From NCBI GenBank assembly GCA_964252035.1, contig OZ176206.1: a stretch of 64,000 nucleotides of DNA, one strand, 5' to 3'. The position numbers were made by a program, and so were the translations under genes. Shown piece by piece: positions 62,934-64,000 of this stretch (positions within the stretch are counted from its first letter, which is position 1; each line of letters begins with the position of its first letter). The notes beneath the pieces were generated by a model. That model had not been told where the DNA came from. It saw only the letters and a program-made list of their open reading frames with translations, and did not search any database. Source of the stretch: Podarcis erhardii. Lineage: Eukaryota.

Positions 62934-63632
62934 TGTAATAGATCTGTGGTGCTAAATGTTTAGGTTTAGTAAATATTAGGATTTAATTAGAACTTGTATG
63001 TTATAACTGAGATATGTTATAAGACAGTCTCATTGTGTATTAGAAGGGGTTTATGTAAGGTGTTTGAGGTGTTTAATTAGTGTTTATGTGTAAAGACTGT
63101 GTCAGACCTTCAGAATATAATCGAGAGCCATTTTGATACTTTTGAGCATCAGCAATTAGCATGTGAAGAGTTAATTAACCTAGGTAAATGTCCTAAGTGT
63201 GCACCAGTCTTTAATCCTAGTCGTTGATGAAGTCATGTGACCTTTGTTAGGTGATGCCAGAGGGGATTAACCATTACTACTTCAAAACATCAAAAGAACC
63301 AACCATTAGAATGCAAATGAATAAAGGAGGTTTAGGTTTTAGGAACAGCAGAATTAGGAAATATGGGACCAGGAAGGAGGAAAGGATTCACGCTTGTATG
63401 TGCCCAGAAGACCAAGACAGGTGGCAGAGCAAAAAAGGATGTCGGCGATGCAACTGTAAGGATTGGAGACTAAGGGTTGTATTTATGTGTAAAATAAACC
63501 CTATATTATTAAGACACTAGCCTCCATTGTGCCCAATCTCTCCAAAGACCCTGGGTGAGCACCTGGAACCCCACTTGAGTCAGCAGTGATTGGAGGTGGC
63601 ACTCAACTTTCGTAATACAGTACTCTATTACA
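62934..63632 (+). mobile_element. Probable solo LTR
   Basis: TGTAATAGA...TCTATTACA 9-bp inverted ends, AATAAA at 63493; no TSD found. Confidence 0.55.
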
Positions 63633-64000
63633 GAAACTGGGGAGGTACATATGCTTTGAAACATAGTATCTGCAGACTGGGATGGATGAATCTTTCCATT
63701 TGGCTTTCTCGTTTTTCCAGTCAAGTTCAGTTCCCCACATTTCCATATTTTTTGGGGGGGGGGGAGAAAATTGAGAAAATTCATCCGTAACCTAATGCAC
63801 ATTTCTTCCACTATTCACTTATTGTAGGCTATTTCACTGAATGTACACTCCAATATAATGCATTTTAGTGTTATCTTAACATATGCATGTTTATGCACAC
63901 TTTCACACAACATATACTTTTTTAAAATACGCATACTTGTGCTGGAGAACCACACCACAAATTTCAGAGGTATTAATTTCAAAGGAAAGCTGCATTTCAG

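Overview
Vertebrate genomic DNA, most likely a lacertid lizard (inferred from the Sauria-SINE/L2/CR1/Penelope repeat set), with two assembly gaps (42942-43123, 61776-61946). Two genes lie tail to tail, as in the human 16q23 region. NECAB2 (+ strand): eight 3' coding exons between 3794 and 32721; the EF-hand exons lie upstream of the window. SLC38A8 (- strand): ten coding exons, 54552 to 36045, 1323 nt CDS, 440 aa. All 18 exons were mapped by hand, with GT-AG junctions and consistent phases. Introns are packed with L2, CR1, SINEs, Tc1/mariner and hAT MITEs, a Penelope fragment and LTR remnants. The best second-look signals are: (1) a 3'-truncated U6 snRNA retrocopy (nt 1-33) with a 15-18 bp target-site duplication, inserted in frame in the reverse transcriptase of an L2 copy; (2) a minimal hammerhead ribozyme in the Penelope 3' end; (3) an in-frame alternative acceptor that could add 24 aa to NECAB2. 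No CRISPR array or true tRNA/rRNA gene was found. Gene and family names rest on recalled sequences, not database searches, and many repeat boundaries are approximate.
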